Positions 1-13,354 of a stretch of DNA of 64,000 bases are shown here, in pieces (position 1 is the stretch's first letter; every line of letters starts with the position of its first letter). The stretch is from Sphaerodactylus townsendi (Eukaryota). The translations under genes were made by a program, and so were the position numbers. The notes beneath the pieces were generated by a model, which made no database searches, had not been told where the DNA came from, and was given only the letters and a program-made list of their open reading frames with translations. Location of the stretch: assembly GCF_021028975.2 (NCBI RefSeq), contig NC_059426.1, positions 30,690,001-30,754,000 of the forward strand. Direction: 5' to 3'.

Positions 1-224
1 CTGCCCCCGGGCAGCAGCCACCTGGAGCACAGGCACCAGGCCCGCCAGCTGAATCCTCCCTGCTCGCTGAGGTACACGCACATCAAGTCCAGCAGCCCAG
101 GCCAGCCTAGATGTGGGGGGGGGGGGCAATTTCCCCCCCACATAATGAACTCTGTGCGCGCGTGCCCACAGAGAGGGCTCTGAGTGCCACCTCTGGCACC
201 CGTGCCATAGGTTCACCACCACTG
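1..224. mobile_element. End of a non-autonomous hAT element (truncated by window edge)
   Basis: Ends ...tgccataggttcaccaccactg, a CAGTGGTG-type TIR on the reverse strand. Confidence 0.55.
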
Positions 225-727
225 TTCTAGATTGTTTGATTCAAGGTAATGTGTCTTCAGACAATTGCTATGAGCAAAAATAAAAATACAGAAACAATTG
301 AGCAAACCATTTTATAATATATTTAAATATTTGATTTATATTGTCATATTTTGCTCTTTAGAGGCTTTACACATCTCATAACCCAACCCTAAATCCGTTT
401 ACCTAAAAGTGAATACTGTGGGCTCCAGTACATAGCATTAAAATGTGTGCTTCGATGCCCCATTCACCATTCCAACTAGAAAGCAACTGTAACGTTTTGA
501 AGTTTAAATGCTGTTAGAGGGGTCTCAAAACACGCTCTAGAAACTAGGGTTTGTTTTTGTTTTTTGCAGGCACGGGAAATTCTGCTGCCAACACGCTGAA
601 TGTTTAAACAACTACAGCATATTAGTATGAAAGCATATTATTCTGTTAAATGGGTTATTTTCCTAATTATATACCTTCCTCATGTGATAACCAAATATAA
701 ACACTGCCTCCCTTGGTGGGTCTCATA

Positions 728-1257
728 GGCCCTTTCCGCACGGGCCAAAAACGATGGCCTGGGGGCGGTAAAAATGTCGCCCCCAGGCCACCGTTTGCAC
801 AGGCGGCGCTGCTGCAACGCAGCTGCGCCGACCTGACTGCGCTCCCCCTTCCTCCAGGGCGGCGTCAGGCCGCCCTAAACAACAACCCTTTAAAGGGTTG
901 TTGTTGAGGGGAAAGCGTCTTCCCGGCGGCGCGGTGCGAACACGCTGTTTCCCCTTCCCTTTCCCATGTACCTCTCGTGTCGCCGTCCTGCTGGCCTCCT
1001 AAGTCCCTCCCTCGCTGTCCTCCGACCCCTGGAGGTAGGAGGGCAGCGTGGGCGGGGCTGAGGAGGCCAGCAGGATGGCGACACGAGAGGTACATGGGAA
1101 AGGGAAGGGGGGAAGAGGCGGCTCCATGCGGAGCCGCCTGCCGTCTGCCGGCCTCTCCAGAGGCCGTCCGCATGCCTGCATGCGAACGGCCTCCGCCTCC
1201 ATGCCGGCGGAATTCCTGCCGGCGTGGAGGCGCCCTTACGGCCGTGCGGAAACGGCC
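728..1257. mobile_element. PIF/Harbinger-like MITE, CpG-rich
   Basis: TIRs ggccctttccgcacgg / ccgtgcggaaacggcc; 3-bp TSD ATA. Confidence 0.8.
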
Positions 1258-1462
1258 ATAGCTTTGAAAATGTAAGTCCCACAACAAGTACTCTAAGCAT
1301 GAAATCCACCTCTTCTCTGCGTAGGTCTTAAGAATAGCGTTACAAGCACCAAAAAGGCAACTCTGAAGGGTCAACAATATCACTGACTTGTATCTTATGG
1401 GAGCAAATATACAGCTGTTCTTTTTCTACTGGCTTGTATTGTCTGCCTTTAGATGATGGTAA

Positions 1463-1715
1463 AGAAGTAGTTGGATTTATACCCGCACCTTTCTTTCCTG
1501 TAAGGAGACTCAAGGTGACTTACAAGCTCTTTTCCCTTCCTCTCCCCATAACACCTTGTGAGGTAGGTGGGGCTGAGAGAGTTCCAAAGAACTGTGACTA
1601 GCCCAAGGTCACCCAGCAGGAATGTCAAAGCCTCTGCCACTCAGGTGGAGGAGTGGGAAATTAAACCCGGTTCTCCAGATTAGAATCCACCTGCTCTTAA
1701 ACACTACACCACACT
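1463..1715 (-). mobile_element. tRNA-derived squamate SINE (Squam3-like)
   Basis: Shared body gggtgaccttgggctagtcacag...ccccacctacctcaca; boundaries approximate. Confidence 0.75.
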
Positions 1716-3680
1716 GACTCTACCTCTTGTTTTTTTCTTTTTTCTTTTGTGTAGTTGCAAAACCTGGATCTAACTTAAATCATGTCAACCATGAATATAA
1801 TTTAAATAATTTCAACAATAACACACCGCACACACAGAACCACGACTCAAAGAAAGTGAAAAATGCATTAGTATTCTGTGCTATTAATGCATCTTGTTTT
1901 AGATTACTTATATGCAGAGGCACCGAGCTTGACCCGGAACTGTTAATATATACTTCCTAGGTAAGATTACAAGTATATTGCCAAAGACTTTGATTGATCT
2001 CTGGTAGCAAGTAGCAGGATTGGGTATCTTTGATTTAATCAGATTGTACACATGTGTGCAGGCTGGTATTAACTTCTTAATCTACCAGTGATCCTCATGC
2101 ACTTAAACACTAGAAATGTACAATCAAATAATCTAGTCAATCAAATGTATAGGATACTTGATTCACTTCCAGTACCCTCACCCTTATACTTTTTCTGAAT
2201 GTTTCTGAAGCTCATCCTTTGCTGAAATGACCCTTACATGGACAAAGAATGTCCCTAGTTCCCCATTTTCAGATTATCTCAAAAAGATCATCATACCTGA
2301 TCCCTATCTAAACTATTATCTTACATGTTCTCCCATAATAAAGTAGGCAGGAACTCGGAAATCAAAGCTTTTTCCTGAGTTTGTCATTAACACAGAGAAT
2401 GTTACTTTTGAAGTTCTTAGGAATACCAAAATATAGCTAGAAAATAACTTTTTAAAATGTCAATTTATAAATAGCACTGCTGAAACACAGCAGACACTAC
2501 CGTTGGATGACAACACAGATAAACGTTCTCCTTCCCCTCGTCCCAAACGCACACAAAAATGTTGTGGATATAAAAACAAATGATTCCACATCTACACTTG
2601 CTTTCATACAGCTGAGCATAAACCAGGAATCCTTTACAAATGTTTGAAATGTTATGTTATGGTTCTGAAACTACAATAGAAAATTAAGTCTGAAGCAGCA
2701 ATGGGCCCTTTTGCTTTCTGAAATATGGATACCAACTTTATAGCAAGAATTTACAACCAGGGTCTCCACCTTCTTAGTAACAGAAACCCTTTTTACAGGA
2801 ATGTACTGGATGAAACTTTTCCTAACACTGGCCTCAACTCCAGGAAAAGCCTCGTTGGCAAAATTTTTGCATATGAGTTCCTTTTGAAGCCCAGTAAATA
2901 AATAAACAGGAGGTAAGGGGGGGTGCTATTCTATTTCTGAAAAAAATGCTAGTGAACCTAACCCAAAATATGGTCTCTGCACATAGCAGCAGCATATATA
3001 TGAAGGAAATGTAGCTACAAAATCTTTCTTGTGCACCCAAGGATGGAGCCTACAGCTGACGATAAGGCTGTTTTCTTTTTCCTGTTTCTCTTTCCTCCAT
3101 TACCAGGCAAGCAGTTTATGGTAGCTCACTTCTGGTGCTAAGAACCTTTAGCTGCAATTCTGAGGCCCTTTACTAGGCCGGTCTTCAAATGCTGTAACGT
3201 GTGGATTACTACAATGTATGAAAATATTTAGTTGTTTGCATAGCATATTCTAAAAGTAAATATGCCTATCTGACAGATTCTTAGCAAAGGAAAAAACTCC
3301 TTATTGTTAATATTAGTTCAGCTACAGAACTGAGCTAGAGAGAACCCAGATAACCTCATCAACGTAACTCAGGTCAAAATTTGGTCAGAGTGACGAAGAC
3401 TGACACAGTAGGGAGTGAGTGTATTACCAAAGTTGCAATCTATAGTTCTGTTCCCTCTGCTGCTAAAATTAGTTCAACACAACAGTAGGAGCTGCCGCAC
3501 TAGTGGGAGAAAGCTGGGAGGGACTGACTCTGCAAATACTTCTTTCCCACCTAACGGATTACAGCCCTGAAGCTGCATTTATCTACTTGTTAGCAAAACT
3601 CAACCAAAGAAGAGGCTTGGGGAATTTAATTCATTTGACATAACGACGAACATTCGATTTTATTTCTTAAGAAGTCTCAC

Positions 3681-3730
3681 CTCATCTGAAGAATCACCTT
3701 GCCCTGAAGCGGGTGTAGCACCTGCACAAC
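3681..3730 (-). CDS. UBR3: UBR3 coding exon 5 (50 nt); gene continues left of window
   Basis: GCAGATPASGQGDSSDE resembles UBR3 GFIGATGTLGQVDSSDE; AG acceptor, GTGAGA donor, phase fits exon 4. Confidence 0.88.
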
Positions 3731-4272
3731 CTTTTGAAATTAAAAATTAAAATATCCTTTATAAATTCACACGTAACTGGACAAATGCATAACTTGAGAG
3801 TCATTAAGCATTCAAGCAAGGGCTGTACTAGATCTGACAGTAACTGAAAGGGAAAGTCTACAGGGAATGCGCTGAATTCTCGAAGGGAACACTGCCTGTG
3901 ATTTCGCAGTTACGCGCAGACCAATGCACAGAGGCATTTTGCTATAGAAGCGCCACCGAATCACAACAATAATACAGTCGTTCCAAATTTTACATGGCCT
4001 AACAAACGTGGGGGGTGGGGGTACTCCACTGAAAGAAATTCAGATTCCGTTGCACTGGAAATCAGATTAAGTTTCACCTAGTGGTCAATTTTGGAAATTG
4101 AATCAGAGTTCTGGCTTCACTTTTCATTCCTAGGGTTTGTACAATTTCAAGAACGTCCTATATTCCACCTCAGAAGAGGTTCTTTTTCTTAATCTGCCCA
4201 GTGAATTAATGCTCTGCAAAATGCTTCATTTTAAGAACACTTTTTTGTTTATTTTTTAAAAACTGCACCAAC

Positions 4273-4416
4273 CTTGAAGTGCTGATGTGCTGGCTCCAGG
4301 CGTTTGTTCCTGCACTCCGCCGACGAGTTTATCTTCCGGAAAGGTCAGTCCAGAACCTTTCAACGCTATAAGGTATTTTTCATGGCTTTTCTTGGCACAG
4401 GCATTTTCTCCACCAC
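4273..4416 (-). CDS. UBR3: UBR3 coding exon 4
   Basis: Manual translation GGENACAKKSHEKYLIALKGSGLTFPEDKLVGGVQEQTPGASTSALQ; ttttaAG acceptor, GTTGGT donor. Confidence 0.93.
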
Positions 4417-5624
4417 CTTAAAACACATTTCCAAAAGACAAAATACTAATTAAATGTATTCATTTTGCTGGCTGCCTATTTATTTAAGGTGCTACAGTCT
4501 GTTCCAGAAAAAGATGGTAGTAGGGTTGTATGTTCCTCCGCTACAGAACTCAACATGCTGGACCTTCTTTGTTGTAGAATGCTCTGCCTGGGTCCTAGTG
4601 ACTACTTAGCCCTGCTTTCCCCCCTCCCCATCTGTTTGAAAGTTCAGTTCAATAATGTCCACATTCAATAATACACAAAATAATGGTTTTAACAAAGGCA
4701 GAGCATAAACAATGAATGATAATTCTCATATTAGTTTGGGACAATATTCTAATGCGGAAGCATACAATTTTCTGGACTGCTGCACCTTAGCTGACCATAC
4801 TTTTTCTGAGACAGAGTATAGTGCTTACCTTTGAAGCCCCACATACTCAGATAATCTCTCCTGAGATTACTCTTTGCAGTAACCACGCTCCACACAACAG
4901 GATCTCCCAGAAATCCCCTCAGTCTCAAGGATACAATCTGCTACAGCCCAGGCCTTTTCTGCTACTGCTCCACTACTGTGAAACATCCTCCTGGAAGGAG
5001 TGAAGCAGGCACTGATCTTGCAATTTTTCCAGGAAAAAATTCTCTACAATTAATGAGCAGTTTGAAGGCACAGATGTAGACTCTGGCTTATCTGTTTTAA
5101 TTTAGCTGCTTAACAGTGCAATTCAAGTAAGAATTACACTCTAAACTACCCACTTAGGATTGCATTGTTAATTTTAATTATTCCAATGGAGGGTTTTTGT
5201 ATGGCAGTCCAAAAGTGGGCCTTCTTAGTTGTGGCACCAAAATCATGGAGCTCTCTCCCCATGGAGACTCATTTATCTCTCTCAATCCCTGCCTTCTGCA
5301 AGTGGGTGAAGACTTTCCCGTTTTGTCTGATGTACACCTGACTGACCCTTGCTCTTGTTTGTTTGTGCTGGTTTTGTTTGGATATATTTTTTTAAGCTGG
5401 TTTTAATTTGATGCCAGGTGATGCTTCACTGTCTTAAAGACCCAAATTGGACAAAAAGGCAGCATAAAATGTTTTAAATGAACAAACAACTAAATAAATA
5501 AGGGTTCATACTAGGGATTACGGGGCCACAAAATCTAGAGTACAACTAGGAAAGTTTATAATTGATAAGCTTTGAAAAAGTTTATATAAGCTATATAGGA
5601 AAAGGAACAAAAACACAAACTGAC

Positions 5625-5783
5625 CAGAGCTGAGATCTTTATAGAACTGCTGATTTGTCAAAACCTGAGTAAGGACTGAACGCATCGCTCCGCCCATTTT
5701 TGTCAGATCTTCCAGAAATGAAATGTGCGGTTCCAATATCTGAAGAACTTTCTGAAGGTCTTTTTCTGACGGTAGATCAAGAA
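5625..5783 (-). CDS. UBR3: UBR3 coding exon 3
   Basis: LDLPSEKDLQKVLQILEPHISFLEDLTKMGGAMRSVLTQVLTNQQFYKDLSS; AG/GT boundaries. Confidence 0.96.
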
Positions 5784-6900
5784 CTGTGGAGGAAAACAAA
5801 GGTTTGGGAGAAGATTATTCAGCTGGGTTTCAACTGTTTTATAAAATTTCTCATCAGTTGTTCTGCTGCTGAGTGACTGTGTCCTGCCATTCTGCTGTGC
5901 TGAGAGTGACAGCATCCTGTTGGTGCAAATCATGTCCCACCTCTGATGCCAGATGACACTTCGCTAGTGGGGCTCACCTTGCACCAAGAACGTATGCTTA
6001 GCTTAGTCAACTCAACCCCATTTGCCACAACCAAACCTAGAGACTGGTTATAATATTTGCTCCTTGTTGAATGTGAAAAAGAGGTTACTGTGATCCAATT
6101 TTTGTCTCAGCAGTTGACTTCTCCTTTATTCTTACCTTTTACATAGCCTTGTCGTCACATGGTTGGATCTAAAATCTTCACAAGTAAATAAAGGTGAGAA
6201 AGCAGGATTTGCCCCACCCCAGTAAAAGGGCCCCAAATTCTGCCATGGACCCCCCAAATTCTGCCTCCAGGAGGATTTTACCTCAGGGGAGCCTCAGGAG
6301 CAGTATGGGAGACAAAATGGAAAAATTGTTCACTCTACTAGTGAACAGAACTGCTGCTCTGAAGTGCGGTGGCACCAGTCGAATAGTACCTTTGGAGCCA
6401 ACCTAATATGTTTACATTTCCATGTCACAGCCCCTCCTTGCTTGATTGTCCTGCTCATTCTGCAAAATATATGGCATACCTCAAGAAAGGAAAAAGCTCT
6501 CTACAGAATCATGCTATATATCAACTTCACATGCAGCACCACTCACTATACTCACATTACATTGTTAACATAACCACTTGCTATTCACAGATGGTTTTGT
6601 CAGAGCACTGTTGTAACAGGTGTCTAATCATCAAAATCTAACTGACAGCTAACTGACAGGTATCACCTGACACAGCCTCAATCTGGGTTTAATTGGTAAA
6701 GGACTGTAATTGGCCAGTAAACCAGTGTGCGTCTGACTTCCTACTGTGTTCCAGTATATTGCGCTACTCTGCTATAGGGGTTTTACCCCATACCTTCACA
6801 GGTTTGGGAAAACCTTGAAAGCAAAAAAGACTGGTGACCCCTAATAAAACCTACTACCTCGCTTACATTCATAACAGGGATCTCTCTTTTGAGTCTCAGC

Positions 6901-7035
6901 CAGTCGTGGGATTCAGAAGGTTCGCACCATTTCGGAAGAACCAGTTGTTAAAACGGTACTTGTAAACAACCAGTTGTTAAATTATTTGAATCCCACCACC
7001 AGAACTGGTTGTTAAATTATTTGAATCCCACCACT
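6901..7035. mobile_element. hAT MITE, CAGTGGTGGGATTC family
   Basis: Same family as 22775-22910 and 63381-63481; internal duplication of the terminus. Confidence 0.7.
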
Positions 7036-7081
7036 CCACCACATGACGCCACCACCACCCCACAAGTGATATTATCCATAC

Positions 7082-7221
7082 CTGGTTCATTGTAGCCTTC
7101 CCTTAAGTACTGTATAATACAGAAAATGAACTGTGGAAGAACCAGTTCTGACATTATCAGCAGGTCTTTTGGAACAGATGGAACTTCTGAGCTTGATTTT
7201 ATTCTGTGCCTTCTGCAAAAC
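7082..7221 (-). CDS. UBR3: UBR3 coding exon 2
   Basis: FCRRHRIKSSSEVPSVPKDLLIMSELVLPQFIFCIIQYLREGYNEP; cacAG acceptor, GTATGG donor, phase consistent. Confidence 0.96.
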
Positions 7222-7585
7222 CTGTGAACCAAGTTGTACAAAATTAAACACTGAAAGACATCTCATAAATAAATTACAACAGAAAACTGCTTCCCCAACC
7301 CTCTGATGCTTCACACTACACTTCACACAAATGTAAGTTTAGAAGACTTATTTTTAGAAAAATGTGAAGGATTTTCCCATTCCAATTAGCAATTCCTTCT
7401 TACCTGCAACACACAGAAAGATACAGGGAGTGACAGAATTCCTACAATTCAAAGCTGGTTCACTTTAATACAGCTTACTGTATGATGAAAACTCTTGTAT
7501 CCTAAACATCTTACAGCAAGGATATCACAAAGAATTGTTCCTTAACATTAATGTCACTCACATACTTTGGATCTGAAGACAGTTA

Positions 7586-7870
7586 AAAGAAGAAGAGTTT
7601 GGAATTATATCCCCCCTTTCTCTCCTGTAAGGAGACTCAAAGGGGCTCACAATTTCCTTCCCCCCCCCACCCCCAACAAACACCCTGTGCGGTGGGTGAG
7701 GCTGAGAGAGCTCCGAAGAACTGGGACTAGCCCAAAGTCACCCAGGTGGCATGTGTTGGAGTGCACAAGCTAATCTGATTCCCCAGATAAGCCTCCACAG
7801 CTCAAGTGGAAGCAGGGAATCAAACCTGATTCTCCAGATTAGAGTGTGCCTGCTCTTAGCCACTACACCA
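7586..7870 (-). mobile_element. tRNA-derived SINE (Squam3-like)
   Basis: Full-length copy with (TTC)n tail. Confidence 0.8.
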
Positions 7871-8240
7871 CAACAGAATATTACACATTTGCAGAGTTGA
7901 TTTAATCCTGTTCTCTTTTCTCAGTTTGCTTGATCAACAACACAACTTCTGTTCATTATATCCACATTACCGTTAGTTGAATCTCAACAGAATTTTATTT
8001 GTCAGCAGGTTTAAATCATTTTAATTAACATTTGGTTTTAGAGAAGCAGGACAAAGGAGTGATTAGAATGCTGGACTAGGAGTAGGAAGATCTGGGTACA
8101 AATCCTACCTCTACCACAGAGCTAACTTTGAATCAGTCATTCTTACCCCAAACTATCTCATATGGTTGTTGTGAGGATATAATAGTGAAGGGAAAAAACA
8201 TGCATACCATCCTGAACAACGTGATGGAAGGAAAGGAAAA

Positions 8241-8544
8241 AGAAGAGAAGAAGAAGAATTTGGATTTATATCCCCCCTTTCTCTCCTGCAGGAGACTCAA
8301 AGGGGCTTACAATCTCCTTGCCCTTCCCCCCTCACAACAAACACCCTGTGAGGTAGGTGGGGCTGACAGAGCTCCGAGAAGCTGTGACTAGCCCAAGGTC
8401 ACCCAGCTGGCGTGTGTGGGAGTGCACAGGCTAATCTGAATTCCCCAGATAAGCCTCCACAGCTCAGGCGGCAGAGCTGGGAATCAAACCCGGTTCCTCC
8501 AGATTAGATACACGAGCTCTTAACCTCCTACGCCACTGCTGCTC
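8241..8544 (-). mobile_element. tRNA-derived SINE (Squam3-like), young copy
   Basis: A/B-box-like head, CpGs retained, (TTC)n tail. Confidence 0.85.
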
Positions 8545-9210
8545 TCATGGGACAGATGGGACAGACAACGTTTTAAATCCTTCAAGAAACTGAACCGTTA
8601 TCATGATATAGCTACAATATGCCAGTTGCGCTTTAGATATTCATACTTTCCTTGTATAATGTCACTTCTTCAATACAACTTCACCCCAGTGTCAAACATA
8701 GGTTGTTCACACATTGTGATACGCTGCCTCTCATGGTTAAGTCATAATAAAATGGACCACTACCTTGCAACACACATCTGGGTATCAGCGACTATAACAT
8801 CTATGCCACCTGGAAGCTGAAAATGATACAAGGAACTAGTGCTTCACTTGCACTTAATGGAGAACTGTTTGAACAGAACAGCTGGAAACATCCCCATTGC
8901 CCATATACTAAAAGACTAGGTGCTGGGGCTGTATTCCTGTGCTCACTTATATGGGAGAAAGTTATTTCTGATTGAAGTTGATTTTTGCAGAGCAGAAAAA
9001 GAAAAGAGGTTAGGCATGCTCATAGTCCCAGTTTCCTGTTTGAAAAGCAGGCTGGCGCAGTGGTCAACAGCATCTTCCCTAACTGCATCAGGTTCACCAA
9101 ATCTTGCTTTTCTTAGATTCTTTTCTGTCTAAATTGCATTGTTTGTGTTTCTTGCAACTGCACTGAGTCTCTAGGAAAGACTCCATCAGGCTTTCAAGGC
9201 AAGAGACTAT

Positions 9211-9357
9211 GGCCCCTTCCGCACATGCAGAATAAGGCACTTTCAATATACTTTTACAATTGTTTGCAAGTGGATTTTGCTATTCCGCACAGTCAAATCC
9301 AGCTGCAAAGTGCATTGAAAGTGGATTGAAAGTTATTCTGCATGTGCGGATGGGGCC
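9211..9357. mobile_element. Short PIF/Harbinger-like MITE (GGCCCCTTCCGCACATGCAGAATAA family)
   Basis: Palindromic element nested in a 5S-derived SINE; multiple copies in window. Confidence 0.8.
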
Positions 9358-11219
9358 TAGCAGAGCTGGTTTGCCATTGCCTGCCTCTGCCTAATGGTCC
9401 TGGAATTCCTTGGTGGTATCCTGCCCAACTACTAACCAGGGTTCAACATGCATATCTTCCAAGATCTGATGAAACCAGGCTAGTCCTGATCATTCACCGT
9501 CAGGGCTCAAAATGCATATAAGCACCTATTTCGTAAACAAACTATTGAGATAACCTGTGCCTTTTGATCTTCCGTTGCCTTGACAGCACCACATCACTAA
9601 AGGTTCACAGTCAAGAACTCCCTGGATTGCATAACAGATTTTCCCACCACCTTCTCTATTCACCCTCTACCTCCAAGCATGAGAGCAAATGCATTTTTCC
9701 CTGCTCTTGTGAACTACAGGAGTTTAGTGCTTTCTTAAAGTTAAAGGACTGCTTTTGTACTGCTGCGAATAGAGCCTGTCCATACTCTACAGCACTATTC
9801 ATTTATTAAAAGAAACCGTAATACTTATTTTTCAAAATCACTGAACAAGATTATAATGCACACAAATATAAATGAAAAGCATTAAACACTAACGTAAAGT
9901 CAGCTGTAAATTTATACTTGTAACTATAAGCCTAGATCTATTTTTTTCCAAGTACAGAACCTAATTCAATACTGTCAGGATGCCTAGTAGTTGGGGCTTT
10001 TGGGGCATGCTTGGCTTTCCTGTGTTATACTGGAGTTGGGGGTTGGGAATGTTCTGCTTTGGTTTGGCACCGCCAGGTGCTGGCCAAGGCCAAGATGTTA
10101 TCTTGTTGTCTGCATTTCTTCTCTCTTCTCATCACTGGTTGTAACGTTTGTTCCCATGATGGGGGGGAGGATGGTTCATATTACTGTTCATTGTGCAGGA
10201 AAAGACCATTCTGGCTTTTCCAAGCTGTCCTCTGGATGAATAAATCTCTGTTCTATACATGGAGTTTGTTTCAGTTCTTGGGGATCTGACAAATACATAC
10301 CTAAATAATAGTTGTGTTTACCTTAATAGCAAACATGCATTAAAAAGCTGCATGCATCCATCTACTATGAAATTTCTCCCAACGTTTGACTCTAACTGGG
10401 GTGTCAGTTAAAAGGAAGGGTTCCTTCTTTCTCTTCAGCACCAAACCAAAGATGATTGCAAGAAGCAACCACTAAAACAACTTTGAGCTTCTACTGTTTC
10501 AGTTATGCTACAGACAAAATCATCAGCATCAAGGGCTAGGGTAGGATCATCAAAACAATTCTCAACTCAAAGCTGGAAAAGGGGGTGGGGGGAATGAAAT
10601 GGCACCGGCAAAGTAAACCCTCCACAACTGAGCTCAGCAAGCAAATATGTACTAACAGCCATGAATCTGATCTTTGAAAGGTGTACTGAAAACAACCCAA
10701 TGAACTGGCAGAAGAAATAGGAGGATGTTTTAGAAGAAATTCTGGAAGCAATCAAGAGTTGATAATTGCAGGAAACAGGGTATAAATGCAGACTGCAGGG
10801 ATGCTGTCAAGAGTGATATAGCCAAGCAGAAAATTACTCTGGCTTGCCTGAGCAAAAGTTTCAAGGAGTCTTATCTTTCTCATAGCTGTCAAAAGTCTAC
10901 TAAGCTGCAGGGCGGGCGGGGGGGGGGGGGGGGGGCAGCTGTTTGCTATGACGAAAAGTTTAATATCCCAAACAGATAAAGGATTACCTTGACTAATAAA
11001 CGCTTCACTGACCATCAGTCAAACTGGGGAGGAGCAGAACATGGGGGGGGGGGGAAGATACATCAGAAAAAGGAGAAAGAGAAATGAGTGGAACAGTAAA
11101 GGTCCAGAAATATGGCGCAAAAGAAAAGTTGCAAAGGCACCAAATTGTAAACTGAAATGTTCTCAGATAATATTTGAATACGGTACCTCATTCCCCACCA
11201 TTTCCCTTCACCCCCCCCC

Positions 11220-11270
11220 AATAAATAAATAAATAAATAAATAAACAAATAAATAAATAAATAAATAAAT
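11220..11270. repeat. (TAAA)n microsatellite
   Basis: Directly visible. Confidence 0.9.
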
Positions 11271-12563
11271 CGGGAAAATAAATAGGTGCGGTTTATCTTT
11301 TTCACCAGCTCTGAACACACTATGCATAGATTGACTTGTCTGGACAGCTCGCTAGATTAAGGGGATGTTCAGAATCCACGGATAAGGAATTTTGAGATAC
11401 GGAGAGCATTAAGCCATGTGAGCCCTCATGGGCAACAGAGGAGTGGTATAATCCAGAACCAAGGTTAAGAACTCATCTGCTAGATATGATTTCCACTACC
11501 ACCACCACCCCAATCAGATGCAAATGTTGATACACAAACCCAGCAATACCAGCATAAACTTTTACCAGATTTCTTTCTACAATGTGATAAGTGCTGGTGC
11601 ACTGGACTGTATTGGACGAGTTTGGGTGGCTTAATTTTTTTCATGACCCTGCAGTCAAAATATATTACTGCTTCCAGCACAGGAGACCACACGGCAAACC
11701 TAAAAACACAATATGATGTTGCCATGGCTGCATTAAAAGAGTGGCCTTTGCTCTTCCCCTCTGTCATTGCCAATGGTCAGAGGGACAAAATAACACACAG
11801 GAGAGAGAGAAAAAATCCGACCACCACCTCTGAAAGCTCATGACAATTTTAGGAGATTAGAAAAAAGATATGGTAAGCTAGAGAAACTGAGTTACATTAT
11901 TTTCCCCATCCAATGTATTACATAGGATTTCAGTTTAATTATAGGTTTGCCCACTCAGCTATTAGACAGCATAAGTGCATGAAAATAAAAAATGACTACG
12001 TTCTACAGTTGTCTCTGCCTCTTCCCTCTGACATTCATGCTAACAATGGTCAGCAGCCATCACAGCAAACAGGCTACACTCCAGAGCTGTTTACAAACTG
12101 GCATACCTCCAGAGTTCACACATCAATCCTTACTAAAATGGGGTCAGAAGATAGGCTGACTCCTGCTAAAACATGTTTTCGCTAGAACATGACCCCCCTT
12201 CCGTAATTCAGGAGCACTTGTTCTTCTGTCCTGCCAATAAAGTACTACTGCAGAGCTGGAATTACGCTCTCAGAGGGCTACATCTGTCTGTTATGCCAGC
12301 AACAGCAGGCATCTCGCTCTCCAAAATGCTTCCAAAATCCCCTGCGCACATTATACGCCTTCCAATGGGGAACGACGTACACTGCGTCATCTCTCCTCTG
12401 TGTTCTGTTCCATTCCACATAACTCTCTGCATTTGTTTTCTCACAATCATCTGTTTAAAACAACCAAGCATGGAGGTTCTTAACCGTTATTGCCCCTCTG
12501 CCCACCAAACACAGGAGAGCATCATAAACTGTACCCCAACCGACAAGCAAAAATTTAGGACAT

Positions 12564-12792
12564 NNNNNNNNNNNNNNNNNNNNNNNNNNNNNNNNNNNNN
12601 NNNNNNNNNNNNNNNNNNNNNNNNNNNNNNNNNNNNNNNNNNNNNNNNNNNNNNNNNNNNNNNNNNNNNNNNNNNNNNNNNNNNNNNNNNNNNNNNNNNN
12701 NNNNNNNNNNNNNNNNNNNNNNNNNNNNNNNNNNNNNNNNNNNNNNNNNNNNNNNNNNNNNNNNNNNNNNNNNNNNNNNNNNNNNNNNNNNN
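12564..12792. other. Assembly gap (229 N)
   Basis: Run of N. Confidence 0.99.
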
Positions 12793-13010
12793 CCCTTCCC
12801 CCCTCACAACAAACACCTTGTGAGGTAGGTGGGGCTGAGAGAGTTCAGGTGACTAGCCCAAGGTCACCCAGCTGGCATCTGTTGGAGTGTACAAGCTAAT
12901 CTGAATTCCCCAGATAAGCCTCCACCGCTCAAGCGGCAGATCGGGGAATCAAACTCGGTTCTCCAGATTATAGTACACCTGCTCTTAACCACTACACCAC
13001 TGCTGCTCCT
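12793..13010 (-). mobile_element. tRNA-derived SINE abutting the assembly gap
   Basis: Same family. Confidence 0.8.
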
Positions 13011-13152
13011 TTATATAAATAAAGCAACTTTATATGTTTATTTACAATATGTATATAGCACTCACATCTTAGGCAAACATTAAATGAGATGACTACATAA
13101 AAGCCATCAACACTTCAACTTTCTTGTTTATTATCTGCCACTTCTTCAAGAG

Positions 13153-13329
13153 CTGTGGTTCTCAACCTTCCTAATGTCGCGACCCTTTAATTCCTCATGT
13201 TGTGGTGACACCCAACCCTAACATTTATCCATTTTACAGATGGAGAACACTGATGCAGAAAGTCTTAGGCGACCCCTTTGAGTCATTCAACCCCCCAAGG
13301 GGTCACGACCCACAGGTTGAGAACCGCTG
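13153..13329. mobile_element. SPIN (Space Invader)/URR1-type non-autonomous hAT element
   Basis: Ends ctgtggttctcaaccttcctaatg... and ...gacccacaggttgagaaccgctg; perfect 8-bp TSD ttcaagag. Confidence 0.85.
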
Positions 13330-13354
13330 TTCAAGAGCCTAGGAGAGAATCTAT

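Noticed and set aside
713-1383. Cluster of overlapping 64-172 aa ORFs
   Set aside because: Centred on a GC-rich MITE with few stop codons
1-3680. UBR3 exon 6
   Set aside because: I looked for the expected EDQDGSQGLGKRKR-like segment and did not find it; probably outside the window
8480-8544. tRNA gene
   Set aside because: tRNA-derived SINE head, not a full cloverleaf
12173-12823. 216-aa and 109-aa ORFs
   Set aside because: Length inflated by the N gap
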